Under the pieces are notes generated by a model. That model made no database searches. It had not been told where the DNA came from and was given only the letters and a program-made list of their open reading frames with translations. Of a stretch of 64,000 nt of DNA, positions 38,482 to 48,159 are shown one piece after another (positions within the stretch are counted from its first letter, which is position 1; each line of letters starts with the position of its first letter). This DNA is from Escherichia phage phi G17. The position numbers and the translations under genes were made by a program. The stretch is taken from sequence record NC_070870.1; one strand, written 5' to 3'.

Positions 38482-41046
38482 TTAGTTACCTTTCAGTTTA
38501 TTTAGACGATTACGGTAGAGGGACTTAAACCCAGGAATATCCTCTGGGTGTTTCTTGAGATACCTGACTAAGCTAGTCAAGTCCAGGTTTTGCAGGATGT
38601 CATCCTGTTTCCAGCTATAACAAAATAAATTTTTGTACTTGCTGAGTATTTCGTAATGTTTATGATTATGTGGGTTAGTCATTGTCATGTATGGCACTAA
38701 GTCTTCCTCTGACTTAATGTACCCCATTTCAATGAGCTTCCTCTCTTTACTCCGATGATTTCTTAGGAAATCATACGCCCATTCATACTCTGGATTAAAA
38801 ATCAGATTTTGTAGTGGTTTGAATGTTAGACCAAGAATATCGAGGATTTCCCAATACTCTCTGTCATCCAATCCTGTGTGCTCAGTAATACCAATACGCT
38901 GTTCAGTGACATACTTCTTGAATCCCTTACTGGTAATAACCGACATCAGTTCACTAAAGCGAACATCGTCAATGTGAATAGCACCACGTCGTTTAGCCTT
39001 GTTAACTTCGATTTGATTGCGACAGACAACAGTCTCTGCTTTCATCTCATCGGACAACTCATACCATTTCCACATGGTTCCAATTTGGGCATTATCTGGT
39101 CTACCAGAACCAACCTGATTGGCTAGTACGTAGTACTTAGGCATCTCCACTTCAACGAATCGAGGTTCTGCATGGTATCTTGGGTCAGCAAATTCACTCT
39201 GAATGTAAGGTTTAGTTTCCCAATCACCATTACTATTTCGTACAGGAGTAGTACCAAGTACAGCATTCAATGAAACCAGGGCATTAGTTTTACCACCTGC
39301 TTTGGTTTTATTTTCAGCTATAGTTTTAGCCCGTTTAGCAGCAGCTATTTTAGCCTGTTCCTTACGGAAGTTAGTTGGCTTGTCCCACTCATTATATTGA
39401 GTAAGGTCAATTACCCGATAACCCATAGCAGTGAACTTAGCTACAGCTTTTTCTGCTTCGCCTTTCTTAGGACTAACCACATGAACAAAAGCTGTACGCT
39501 CCAAGTCACCTCGATTGTATTCAGGGAAGTACGAGAAAGAATCTGCACAGTCAGATAAACGTCTGGTAACTACAACGTTTTTGGTAGTGAATATGCCAAT
39601 ACCTTTATGGCAGTCGTAATCCGTCTTAAAGTAGGTAACAAGATTGCTCTTCTCTAAGCTAACACAGTTACCTTGGTTCATGATGTAGCCAGACCACTTA
39701 ACACCAGATGCTTTTAATTTAGCAAGCTGAGGTAAATGCAAATGACGATACACCAATTCCTGGAAAGGATAGTATGTACCCTCTTCACGCGTTTCCTTAA
39801 GAGCACTCATGGCTTTACCATACAGTTTCTTAAGACCTGCATATTCAGGACGAGCCAGTAATGTTTTATTGGATAGGTTACGCCAATGCTTAATATAATG
39901 CTTACGCTGCTTAGCCCACAAGCTAGAGGACATATAGTGTTGAACAGTTCTGTCTGTAACAGCACGCAGGAAAGATGGATATTCCCAGTAACGAGTAGAA
40001 GATTCGGAGGCATATTCTTCAACCTGCTTAATAGCTTCAGGAATCTTAGCCTTAATCTCTTTCTCCATACGGTCTACTAAATCTACACATAGAGTAGTAA
40101 TACCATCGTCGGTTAACTTCTGGTTAGACAAAGTTTCTCGACTAGGAGCAATAGCTAAGGTATCTGGTGCAGCCTGAACTACTAAAGTGCCAGCACCAAT
40201 GATATTCATGAAGTTGAGGATAAGACCTACAGCCTCTTCACTAGCTGGGCTGGATACTACTGGGTACATTACATTACCGTAGCGAACAAAGATGTTACTG
40301 TTGCCCATATAGTTCTGATACCAGCTATCAGACAAATCATATGAACCAGGTTCGAATGACATACCTAATGTACCCAGAAGAGTGTAGTCACCCTGTGTAA
40401 TACTATTACCTGTTTCAACCCGATTGAGTTTAGGAGTACTAAGTTCAGCCTTAATCTCACCGTTAAATACGATGGATTTAATGTACTGAATAAAGGTATC
40501 TAAATCTCGCTTACCTAACTGGAATTTAACTTCCAGACCGGATTCCTTAGTTGGAATACCAGTAACAATAGGAATAATACCCGGTTTGCCGTCATTCTCA
40601 ATTGCAGCCTTAGCTACGTTATATACCGACATCTTTCCTTGGTTCCATGAAGTAACCTGGAAGCTATCTGTATAAGCGAATGGGGACTTACATCCCAGAC
40701 CAAATCCACCAGTAACACTACTGTTGGACTTCTTGGTAGATGCACCATAGACACCATAAATGGAACCAATGAGTTCATCTGGGATACCGTTACCAAAGTC
40801 ACGGAAGGTAATAAAGTGGTCTGTATCAATGGTAATACGGATAGGAATATCAGTCTTACCTGCTTCAATATGAGCATCCCAACTGTTACAGATAGTCTCA
40901 CGGACTACTGCCAGGGTAGGATTGTTATATAGGGAAGTACTTAATACGTGAAAGAATGCCGGGTCATCAGAGATGCCAAAGGCGATTGCTTCTTTACCAC
41001 CCAGTGTCGCTGAAGTGGCTGATTGATTGGTATCTGCAACTAACAT
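38482..41046 (-). CDS. rIIA: rIIA-like protein with N-terminal GHKL (histidine-kinase-like) ATPase domain (854 aa)
   Basis: N-terminal motifs RETICNSWDA (N-box-like), DFGNGIPDE (DxGxG), GGFGLGCKS (G2 box). Confidence 0.55.
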   Translation of the reverse strand: MLVADTNQSATSATLGGKEAIAFGISDDPAFFHVLSTSLYNNPTLAVVRETICNSWDAHIEAGKTDIPIRITIDTDHFITFRDFGNGIPDELIGSIYGVYGASTKKSNSSVTGGFGLGCKSPFAYTDSFQVTSWNQGKMSVYNVAKAAIENDGKPGIIPIVTGIPTKESGLEVKFQLGKRDLDTFIQYIKSIVFNGEIKAELSTPKLNRVETGNSITQGDYTLLGTLGMSFEPGSYDLSDSWYQNYMGNSNIFVRYGNVMYPVVSSPASEEAVGLILNFMNIIGAGTLVVQAAPDTLAIAPSRETLSNQKLTDDGITTLCVDLVDRMEKEIKAKIPEAIKQVEEYASESSTRYWEYPSFLRAVTDRTVQHYMSSSLWAKQRKHYIKHWRNLSNKTLLARPEYAGLKKLYGKAMSALKETREEGTYYPFQELVYRHLHLPQLAKLKASGVKWSGYIMNQGNCVSLEKSNLVTYFKTDYDCHKGIGIFTTKNVVVTRRLSDCADSFSYFPEYNRGDLERTAFVHVVSPKKGEAEKAVAKFTAMGYRVIDLTQYNEWDKPTNFRKEQAKIAAAKRAKTIAENKTKAGGKTNALVSLNAVLGTTPVRNSNGDWETKPYIQSEFADPRYHAEPRFVEVEMPKYYVLANQVGSGRPDNAQIGTMWKWYELSDEMKAETVVCRNQIEVNKAKRRGAIHIDDVRFSELMSVITSKGFKKYVTEQRIGITEHTGLDDREYWEILDILGLTFKPLQNLIFNPEYEWAYDFLRNHRSKERKLIEMGYIKSEEDLVPYMTMTNPHNHKHYEILSKYKNLFCYSWKQDDILQNLDLTSLVRYLKKHPEDIPGFKSLYRNRLNKLKGN

Positions 41047-41179
41047 TTATTTACTCTCCAGTTTAAATGTTGCTTATAGGAAAAGACTTAATACAACTAC
41101 GGAAATACCTATGGCTGTACCGTATGTACCTAATAATTCATTAAGTAAGTAGGGTAGAGCCATGAAATAGTTGAATACT

Positions 41180-41512
41180 TCAGCCATTGCGTTTACTTGC
41201 CATTGCTTGAAGGACGAATACAGCTATATCACTTGCAGTGTCATCAGTAAGTTCCTCCACTGAATAGTGACTTTCACCATCAAGTTCACCATTTTGCCAT
41301 TCATCCAGCATACGCTGCACTTCAGCTAATCCAGCCTGAATCATTTCCTTGCTTGGTTCCAGCCATAATTTACGTTCCTCTGCCAGTGCAGCAATGCACA
41401 TACACAGTGAAGCGATGTTAGCCGGACAAGCAGCAATATCACCAGTGAGAGCTATCTCACTTAAAGGTTTAGATTCCCCAGTTTGGGCCAGTATAACTTC
41501 AGGATTAATCAC
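41180..41512 (-). CDS. Hypothetical protein (110 aa)
   Basis: ORF. Confidence 0.4.
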   Translation of the reverse strand: MINPEVILAQTGESKPLSEIALTGDIAACPANIASLCMCIAALAEERKLWLEPSKEMIQAGLAEVQRMLDEWQNGELDGESHYSVEELTDDTASDIAVFVLQAMASKRNG

Positions 41513-41720
41513 GTATTTGCTCCAGGTTATGAGTAGGAATAGGGAAGAACGGATAGTCCCCAGTAGGGTCTAAGGTTACGGACACATGATGAATACCAGT
41601 AATCTGGGACATGCTAATAGCAGTGTCGAAATCATCCTGTGTACAGGCGTAAACAACATCACCTTTATTGACTTGTGGGTCCATTACAGGTGTGTCTTTG
41701 ATACGGTATTTAGCAGGCAT
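41505..41720 (-). CDS. Hypothetical protein (71 aa)
   Basis: ORF. Confidence 0.4.
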   Translation of the reverse strand: MPAKYRIKDTPVMDPQVNKGDVVYACTQDDFDTAISMSQITGIHHVSVTLDPTGDYPFFPIPTHNLEQIRD

Positions 41721-41729
41721 ACTATTTCC

Positions 41730-41954
41730 TTATTTTTTATAAATAAAAGGATTTCTGTAATCCCAGGCTCTATTAAGTTTTTCCAGCTTAAACCCTGCAT
41801 AACCTGATTCTTTAGACAGGGTTTCTTCTGCAATATCTACTGCGTTAATCGTGCATAAACGCCCATCTATACAGATGTTTTTGAAACTGCCAGTGGATTC
41901 CCTGTATAGTCCATTGGAATCTTTCTCCAACATAGTTGCATACCAACTTGCCAT
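41730..41954 (-). CDS. Hypothetical protein (74 aa from ATG at 41954; track start 41984 is TTG inside the terminator T-run)
   Basis: AGGAGG upstream of ATG at 41954. Confidence 0.4.
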   Translation of the reverse strand: MASWYATMLEKDSNGLYRESTGSFKNICIDGRLCTINAVDIAEETLSKESGYAGFKLEKLNRAWDYRNPFIYKK

Positions 41955-41980
41955 AAGTCCTCCTGGGGCAGTAATTGAAA

Positions 41981-42008
41981 CCAAAAAAAGACCTCCCGGA
42001 GGAGGTCT
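41981..42008 (-). terminator. Intrinsic terminator (minus strand) AGACCTCC-tccg-GGAGGTCT + TTTTTTT
   Basis: 8-bp stem, 7-T run. Confidence 0.6.
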
Positions 42009-42013
42009 TAGGT

Positions 42014-42253
42014 TTACTTACGATTCCGTCCTACGAAGAATTGTAATAGACGTTCCTCAGCATCATCCTGTTCCTTGGTGGCTACATAGTCGCGTGCATA
42101 GTAATACACACACCATAAGCCAAGAACACATGCAGAGAAACGGGCTACTACGAAGAACATCTCTTCCAGGCTCTGTGCACCATGTAGTGCAAATACAAAT
42201 TCCAGAACCAGGATGATACTTATAATCATTGCTTGGATAGCTAAACGTTTCAT
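42014..42253 (-). CDS. Small membrane protein (79 aa, two predicted TM helices)
   Basis: Hydrophobic segments IQAMIISIILVLEFVFAL and VVARFSACVLGLWCVYYY. Confidence 0.45.
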   Translation of the reverse strand: MKRLAIQAMIISIILVLEFVFALHGAQSLEEMFFVVARFSACVLGLWCVYYYARDYVATKEQDDAEERLLQFFVGRNRK

Positions 42254-43194
42254 TCTGTAATTGTTTCTCCGGGTATTAGTTTCCTAAATTGGATGAAATC
42301 CAGTAAGTTGCCTGAATACAGCTTACCTTCACGATCCATTGAAGTAACACCCTGTTCCCAGGTTAATGGGTTCTGGTTGTTAATGAACTTATCACCGAAC
42401 AGCATAGGAGTTGCCTGGTGTTCAGTAGGGGATGCATGAATAGGTTGGTCTTCAACTAACTTAGCAAACAATCCTAAGTCCTCTTCAATAGTAGAAGGAC
42501 GGCCTTCGAAATTGTTGTAAGAAGCACGAGCACAGCGAGCAGCACTTACTTTAAGAAGTAAGCCATACACTTCTGTAGCACTTGGTTCATCACGAGTAAT
42601 TCGTTGATGTTTGCAATGAGAGTAAGCAGCACTACGGTCAGGAAAGCCGATGTAAGGCAGATGCCACTCACCTTGGGACAGCTTAGATGGAACACTTTCA
42701 TTATGAGCCTTACGCATTGCTTGAGCCAATTCACGAATCTCTGGCTGTGCATCCTTATGGTCACGCAAGCCATAGAAGTTAGCCCAGCTAGTTGAGGTTA
42801 CCACTACACGGATATGTGTGAATGGCTCCAGAATACGGTTAACAATCTGCTTATGTACTTGCCCACGACGTAGTTGTTCAGCATATACAGCAGCAGCAGA
42901 TGCAGCGTTATCCCAGATAAACTTAGCATCCTCAATCTCCATAGGAGTGAGTTCTTCATCTGCTTGCATACCTTTCTGGTTCTTGCCCCAGTGACTTGGC
43001 ATCACTGGTTCATTACGAACCTGTTCAATGAATTTAGAAGTAGGAATAGCACGACTGCTTGAAGCATTACGGTTGAATACACGGTGGGTCATAAACTCAC
43101 TGTGGATGAATCGGGGATAGACCAATTCAAAGGTAGTAATACGAGTACCCGTTGCATGATGAACGGAATCTGCAATGACAGTTGCCTTAATCAT
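42250..43194 (-). CDS. thyX: ThyX-like flavin-dependent thymidylate synthase (314 aa)
   Basis: Segment HSEFMTHRVFNRNASSSRAIP resembles the ThyX RHR...S signature. Confidence 0.5.
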   Translation of the reverse strand: MIKATVIADSVHHATGTRITTFELVYPRFIHSEFMTHRVFNRNASSSRAIPTSKFIEQVRNEPVMPSHWGKNQKGMQADEELTPMEIEDAKFIWDNAASAAAVYAEQLRRGQVHKQIVNRILEPFTHIRVVVTSTSWANFYGLRDHKDAQPEIRELAQAMRKAHNESVPSKLSQGEWHLPYIGFPDRSAAYSHCKHQRITRDEPSATEVYGLLLKVSAARCARASYNNFEGRPSTIEEDLGLFAKLVEDQPIHASPTEHQATPMLFGDKFINNQNPLTWEQGVTSMDREGKLYSGNLLDFIQFRKLIPGETITE

Positions 43195-43637
43195 TAGAAT
43201 GACCTTAGATAGTTGGTAATACCACTACGGTTTTCTGTAATCCTCTTGGCCTGAACATATACCAGCTTAAACTCACTACGGGGTAGTTCCTGTAATACTG
43301 CTATACCTTCAGTAAGAGCCACAGAACACGCTACAGCGGTTTCTTCTTTAAAGGAGTACAAGTCTTCATACATGAGGGCTTCATACTCTTTACGGAGCAT
43401 ACAGAGAGCATCTCTTGCCTTATCACTTACTTCTTGTGAACCAGCAGACATAGCTAAGCTGTATATGATAAAGACTTGTTCGAAAACAAAGTCCAGTAAT
43501 CTATCAGGGGTGTTAGTACCCATGAATAATTTTGTTGTGTAGGAACGAGCTTTACGGTTGAGTACATACTCATCCTCTATGCCTTTCTTATAAAGAACAG
43601 GGTTTCGTTCCCTTTTTCGTAGGAATGGAATACGCAT
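43194..43637 (-). CDS. Hypothetical protein (147 aa)
   Basis: ORF; stop overlaps thyX-like start. Confidence 0.45.
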   Translation of the reverse strand: MRIPFLRKRERNPVLYKKGIEDEYVLNRKARSYTTKLFMGTNTPDRLLDFVFEQVFIIYSLAMSAGSQEVSDKARDALCMLRKEYEALMYEDLYSFKEETAVACSVALTEGIAVLQELPRSEFKLVYVQAKRITENRSGITNYLRSF

Positions 43638-43654
43638 TAGTAAGTCTTTCCTAG

Positions 43655-43685
43655 TAAATAAAAAAGCCCACGGGTTAGGTGGGCT
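43655..43685 (-). terminator. Intrinsic terminator (minus strand) AGCCCAC-ctaaccc-GTGGGCT + TTTTTATTT
   Basis: 7-bp stem and T-run. Confidence 0.55.
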
Positions 43686-43765
43686 TGGGTTAGGAGATGG
43701 ATAAGCAATGAGCTGGAAGTAACTTCCACAAATAGCCCTACTAGAGGGCTATTCAGGTAAGTTAC

Positions 43766-43972
43766 TTATTCAGCTTCTGCTTCAGGCTTAGCTCCAGACA
43801 GTGCTTTAGCTACATTACGACGAACAGAGTCGTAACCTACTTCAGTTCGTAGAAGAGAGCCGTCAACAAAAGCAATATCTGCTTTTCCGTCATCGCTGCA
43901 TTGTACTGTTACTACGTTTGCTGCAACTACTGTAAACTTACGACCATTTGCTTTGGTAGTGAATACTGACAT
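43766..43972 (-). CDS. Hypothetical small protein (68 aa)
   Basis: ORF. Confidence 0.4.
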   Translation of the reverse strand: MSVFTTKANGRKFTVVAANVVTVQCSDDGKADIAFVDGSLLRTEVGYDSVRRNVAKALSGAKPEAEAE

Positions 43973-43981
43973 GTTGTTTCC

Positions 43982-44488
43982 TTATTTACTGCTTCTCGCA
44001 GCTACTGGTTTGTTTTCCTGGTTATTGTACTTGCCTGTGTATGTGGCAGGTTCTTGAACCAGATGAAATAGTACTTGAGCTATCCCGGAACCAGCCGGGA
44101 TATGTAATTTCTTACGCCCGTGATAGACCAGTTCAAGGGTAAGATACCCTTTCCATCCTGGTTCTATTACGGTATTGAACACTGATAGTGCACGTCTTGC
44201 CCATGTAGACTTATCGTGAACGATAGCTACACAGGACGGGGACATGTTGAACTTCTCAATTGCTGAAGCCAATGCGAATTTACCAAGATGGTGTGATATT
44301 TGTTTTCCATCAACGACTTTCACCATTGGAATCAACCCAAATAAGCGATAGAAGGTAATGTCCTGCTTTATGCGTATGTCGTAACCAGCTTCACCCAATC
44401 CATAGCTTACACCATGCTCGGATACCTTATGGTCTGGGACATCCAGCAACTGAGATGAACGATATAGAGAATTACCATTAACAACCAT
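43982..44488 (-). CDS. dcd: dCTP deaminase (dUTPase-fold) family protein (168 aa)
   Basis: STWARRALSVFNTVIEPGWKGYLTLEL and GIAQVLF resemble dCTP deaminase core motifs. Confidence 0.6.
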   Translation of the reverse strand: MVVNGNSLYRSSQLLDVPDHKVSEHGVSYGLGEAGYDIRIKQDITFYRLFGLIPMVKVVDGKQISHHLGKFALASAIEKFNMSPSCVAIVHDKSTWARRALSVFNTVIEPGWKGYLTLELVYHGRKKLHIPAGSGIAQVLFHLVQEPATYTGKYNNQENKPVAARSSK

Positions 44489-45663
44489 TATTTCATTCCT
44501 TTAGGGATATGAACTACCTCCCCAAAAGGTACGGTAGCACTAGGGTTATTCAGAACACACCAGATGATTGGAATATCAAACGGGAGTTCTTCCATTGGGC
44601 GAACGTACATATCAGAGAATATGATTGCAGCGGTTGGCTTATTCTTAATAATCCATTCGCGTACTGGTTCAAGGTTTGTACCACCACGACCAGTAATCTT
44701 AATCTCTTCAAAAGTATCTTCTTCAGTGATGTCTATTTCTTCTTGGATAATATCGTCGAAGGTAATAAGGGACATCTTCTTAGGATTGAACTGGCTCTTA
44801 ACGTAGGCAACCTCTGAGTTAAAACGCAGAGAGTCAGCACTACTGATAGAACCAGATACATCCTCAAAGTATGCTAAATGTCGTAAACGTCCTTCATCAT
44901 CTTCCAGGGATGGTAGATAGATGTCAGTGAAACGACGGTTAGGTCTGGCCCACGTATAGCGTGAGTCATCAATGTCAGTGAAGAAGTCCATAAGGACTTC
45001 CTGCCAAGGAACCACTGGTTTAAGGAATTGGGTAATAACCTCTTCCATATGACCAGCACCTTTACCTGGCATCACTCCACCAGCCATCTTCTGGCTTTGC
45101 ATTGCACGTACTACGTTGTTGACAACAGCACCCTGGGACTGCCCCGAAGAGGGAGCTTTCATGTCGCCAGCAAGACCTGCTCCGGCACCCCCTGACGGCT
45201 GCTGCCTTTTCTGTGGGTTCTTCATCAGGTCATCGTAGATGTCTTCTTCGACCCATCCTTTATATTGAGGGTCTTTGCAAATACCTTCGTCGATACCAGT
45301 GAACTTGTAACCATCTTCCTCTAACTGAAGGTTAATGAAGTGGTCACATGCCTGGTTCCAGACTTCTGGGTCACGGCTTCCACAACGGATGCCATGCAGA
45401 TATGCCACATGCCAGAGTTCGTGCATTAGCACTGTTTCTCTTGCATCAGGACACATCCAGATAAAGAAGTCTGGGTTGAATCGTAGTTCTATCCCATCGG
45501 TACATGCAGTAGGACAATCCTCACGATTCCATGAGAACTTAAGACTACACAGCAATGAACCAAAGAAAGCAGCACTCCTGCCCAAAAATGCCTGTGCTTG
45601 AATACGGTCATACTCACGCATGAGTTGTTCATCACTAAGTGTGTGCTGAGGTATCTGGTTCAT
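44488..45663 (-). CDS. VWA-domain protein with N-terminal HExxH metallopeptidase-like region (391 aa)
   Basis: MHELWHVAYLHG (HExxH); MIDAS-like DVSGSIS; immediately downstream of MoxR-like ATPase. Confidence 0.55.
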   Translation of the reverse strand: MNQIPQHTLSDEQLMREYDRIQAQAFLGRSAAFFGSLLCSLKFSWNREDCPTACTDGIELRFNPDFFIWMCPDARETVLMHELWHVAYLHGIRCGSRDPEVWNQACDHFINLQLEEDGYKFTGIDEGICKDPQYKGWVEEDIYDDLMKNPQKRQQPSGGAGAGLAGDMKAPSSGQSQGAVVNNVVRAMQSQKMAGGVMPGKGAGHMEEVITQFLKPVVPWQEVLMDFFTDIDDSRYTWARPNRRFTDIYLPSLEDDEGRLRHLAYFEDVSGSISSADSLRFNSEVAYVKSQFNPKKMSLITFDDIIQEEIDITEEDTFEEIKITGRGGTNLEPVREWIIKNKPTAAIIFSDMYVRPMEELPFDIPIIWCVLNNPSATVPFGEVVHIPKGMK

Positions 45664-45670
45664 GATGTAA

Positions 45671-46723
45671 TTATCCGTGAATGTAGCGGGAGATATTGGC
45701 AGCAGCCTTACGCCATTCAGGGGTAGCCTGAATTTCTGGTAATGCTTTGCCTACTGTACGGAAGTACAGAATCTTATGGGTGAACGTTTTAAAGCGTTCA
45801 ATGTACTGAAGAACATCAGCGAAGTTATCTTCAGTGGTCTTGTTAGCCAGATGGTTAACGGTAGCCCAACACAGGTTATTATCTTCCGGCAGTGCACAGC
45901 CCATGGGGTCTTTGACTACCTTCTCAATCGTAATCATACGATTGTATACCTGAGTGAACTGTACAAACTCCACAGCTTTACCCGGTGTAACAAATCCACT
46001 GTAGTAAAGGGAATCTTCATCAGGCAGTGCCCCTTCGGGGCAGTTATGTAAGTCCTTGTTAATGAAGTCCCATGTTCTCGGACACGCGAATGTTTTGTTC
46101 TTATGTGCTGGGTCGAAGTCATGCAGGTAGCCTGGGTTAGCATGTAAGAATGCAACCAGACGTTCATCCCACTCATATGGAATCATTACGTCTTCAACAA
46201 AGATGTCGAAGTTAAGTTCCATTTCGAAGTGTACAACACGAGACTGCATTGCAGTACCCAGTGGGTTAACGATGGCACGGTCAGTAGCTTTGTTACCGGC
46301 ACAGACAATCATCACATTGGGGTGAAGTTTCTTCTGACCGGTCATACGGTCAAGAATCAGCTTGTATGCAGCAGCTACTACTTCTTTCTTAGCTGAGTTG
46401 AACTCATCCAGGAACAGGAGCCAGCCATTATAACCTTCAGGGATTTCATCCCCTTCAATAGGGAACAGGTCAGCGAATGGAATAAATTCTGCACGGTCAC
46501 CATTACGGAATGGTAGACCGGACAAGTCTTCAGGAGCAGAAGTAGACAGACGATGGTCAATCAGCTTCATGCCAAATTCCTCTGCAACAGAACGAATGAT
46601 CGCAGACTTACCCATGCCTGGTGATGAAGTCAGAAACGGAACGTTACCTGCTTGCAAGGCACGGATGATAAAGTTACGGGCTTGACGTGTATTACATACG
46701 GTCAAGGAGTCAATGCTCGCCAT
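45671..46723 (-). CDS. MoxR-like AAA+ ATPase (350 aa)
   Basis: Walker A SSPGMGKSAI, Walker B LLFLDEF, sensor-like CAGNKATDRA; AGGAG upstream. Confidence 0.65.
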   Translation of the reverse strand: MASIDSLTVCNTRQARNFIIRALQAGNVPFLTSSPGMGKSAIIRSVAEEFGMKLIDHRLSTSAPEDLSGLPFRNGDRAEFIPFADLFPIEGDEIPEGYNGWLLFLDEFNSAKKEVVAAAYKLILDRMTGQKKLHPNVMIVCAGNKATDRAIVNPLGTAMQSRVVHFEMELNFDIFVEDVMIPYEWDERLVAFLHANPGYLHDFDPAHKNKTFACPRTWDFINKDLHNCPEGALPDEDSLYYSGFVTPGKAVEFVQFTQVYNRMITIEKVVKDPMGCALPEDNNLCWATVNHLANKTTEDNFADVLQYIERFKTFTHKILYFRTVGKALPEIQATPEWRKAAANISRYIHG

Positions 46724-46757
46724 TTACTTACTCTCCTAAAGTTAATGGAATTGCTAA

Positions 46758-47087
46758 TTAAGATTTAACGCAAGGGTATGCTTTGTGGATTGCCACATTA
46801 ATCATGTCAGCAGGATGGTTCAGTTTTTGGATAGTTGCATCCAACAGAATCTCATCTGCTACTTTGTGAAGTACATGCTTAAGCTGGATACCTTCTGGTA
46901 CGCAGTTATCGGTAATATCCACAGCCATGGATACCATACCCATGTAATAACCTTGGCTCGTATAATCAGGTGTATCGTACTTGTAGGCTTTGGCAGCAGC
47001 TTCCAGCAAGGTTGCACGACTAGATGCTTGAGCACCGAATGAAAGAGCTGATAGAACCACTACAGCAACAGCAATTAAAGTTTTCAT
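46758..47087 (-). CDS. Small secreted/periplasmic protein (109 aa) with signal peptide
   Basis: N-terminus MKTLIAVAVVVLSALSFGAQA (AXA cleavage-like). Confidence 0.5.
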   Translation of the reverse strand: MKTLIAVAVVVLSALSFGAQASSRATLLEAAAKAYKYDTPDYTSQGYYMGMVSMAVDITDNCVPEGIQLKHVLHKVADEILLDATIQKLNHPADMINVAIHKAYPCVKS

Positions 47088-47273
47088 TTAGTTACCTTTT
47101 AACTCGTTGAGTTGAAGTACTCCGGTAGGGGTTAATGACCACCCAAGACCGGCATTGAACTGTACTAAGCCCAGCTTCTTAAGAGACTGTGCGGTTTTGT
47201 TATTACGGTTGCTGGTGGCAGAACCACCTTGAACCATGCGAATGAAGATTACTTGGGACTGGGTAAGTTTCAT
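47088..47273 (-). CDS. Hypothetical small protein (61 aa)
   Basis: ORF. Confidence 0.4.
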   Translation of the reverse strand: MKLTQSQVIFIRMVQGGSATSNRNNKTAQSLKKLGLVQFNAGLGWSLTPTGVLQLNELKGN

Positions 47274-47458
47274 TTTTTCTCCGGTACGAACTGCATTACG
47301 CAGTTTTGATTACGAGGGATACTCAATTCACATTCATGCTTGAGGGTTTGCGTTACAGAATTTGGTGTAGGACCAAAGTAGTTATTATTAATAGCTACAA
47401 TTCCTGCACCAATGAACCCACCTAGTACGAATGAGAAGAATGCAATCTCTTTGTACAT
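47270..47458 (-). CDS. Small membrane protein (62 aa, one TM helix)
   Basis: IAFFSFVLGGFIGAGIVAI; GGAG upstream. Confidence 0.45.
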   Translation of the reverse strand: MYKEIAFFSFVLGGFIGAGIVAINNNYFGPTPNSVTQTLKHECELSIPRNQNCVMQFVPEKK

Positions 47459-47482
47459 TTCCTGGCTCCAGTTTGTTTAAGT

Positions 47483-47512
47483 CAAAAAAAGACCTCCTAT
47501 TTCTAGGAGGTC
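47483..47512 (-). terminator. Intrinsic terminator (minus strand) GACCTCCTA-gaaa-TAGGAGGTC + TTTTTTT
   Basis: 9-bp stem, 7-T run. Confidence 0.65.
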
Positions 47513-47561
47513 AAACTTGAGGGTTTCGTGTCAGGGTTTATAACCCCAAATAAGAACTCAA

Positions 47562-48158
47562 TTACAGAGCAGAGTAGGCTAATTGTAGCGTAGTAGATAC
47601 ACCATCTTTGGTAATAGTCAGTTCTGCATCATAAACCCCAGGGCTTGGCTCAGTGCCCCACTTATAACTGATTACCCCGTAACCTAAGGTTGGTTCCAGT
47701 TTAATATCATAGGAAGCTGCTGCTTCCCCTTCCACAGCAAGGGTGATGGTTCCAGTTGAACCAGTAGGCTTAGGTACTACACGGAGGTAGCGTACACCTT
47801 CATATACATCCAAAGTCTCCCCGTCTTGGTACAGGCGGGAAATTTCCTCTGTTTCCGGGTCATAGCGATAAACATCAAACCCAACTGGTACAGGGTCTGA
47901 GCCGGGAACTACTTCATAGATATCCCAGTCGTTAAGGTTGGTCAGGTTGTCCGGGAAGAATGCAGTCTGAGCTACATTTCCACCGTTACGGAAGTAAGCA
48001 ATCTTACGGATACCGTGCCAGATAACATAACTATCCGGGTAGGTAGCATCAGGGTGTTCAAATGAACCGATAGCTACAAAACCATCCTCCATAGAGGGAG
48101 AGGTTGAGTAGTTAATTTTCTTGGTAGATTGTTGAGCAGATACATATACAGTTGGCAT
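47562..48158 (-). CDS. Hypothetical beta-rich protein (198 aa)
   Basis: ORF; part of the terminator-flanked two-gene cassette. Confidence 0.5.
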   Translation of the reverse strand: MPTVYVSAQQSTKKINYSTSPSMEDGFVAIGSFEHPDATYPDSYVIWHGIRKIAYFRNGGNVAQTAFFPDNLTNLNDWDIYEVVPGSDPVPVGFDVYRYDPETEEISRLYQDGETLDVYEGVRYLRVVPKPTGSTGTITLAVEGEAAASYDIKLEPTLGYGVISYKWGTEPSPGVYDAELTITKDGVSTTLQLAYSAL

Positions 48159-48159
48159 C

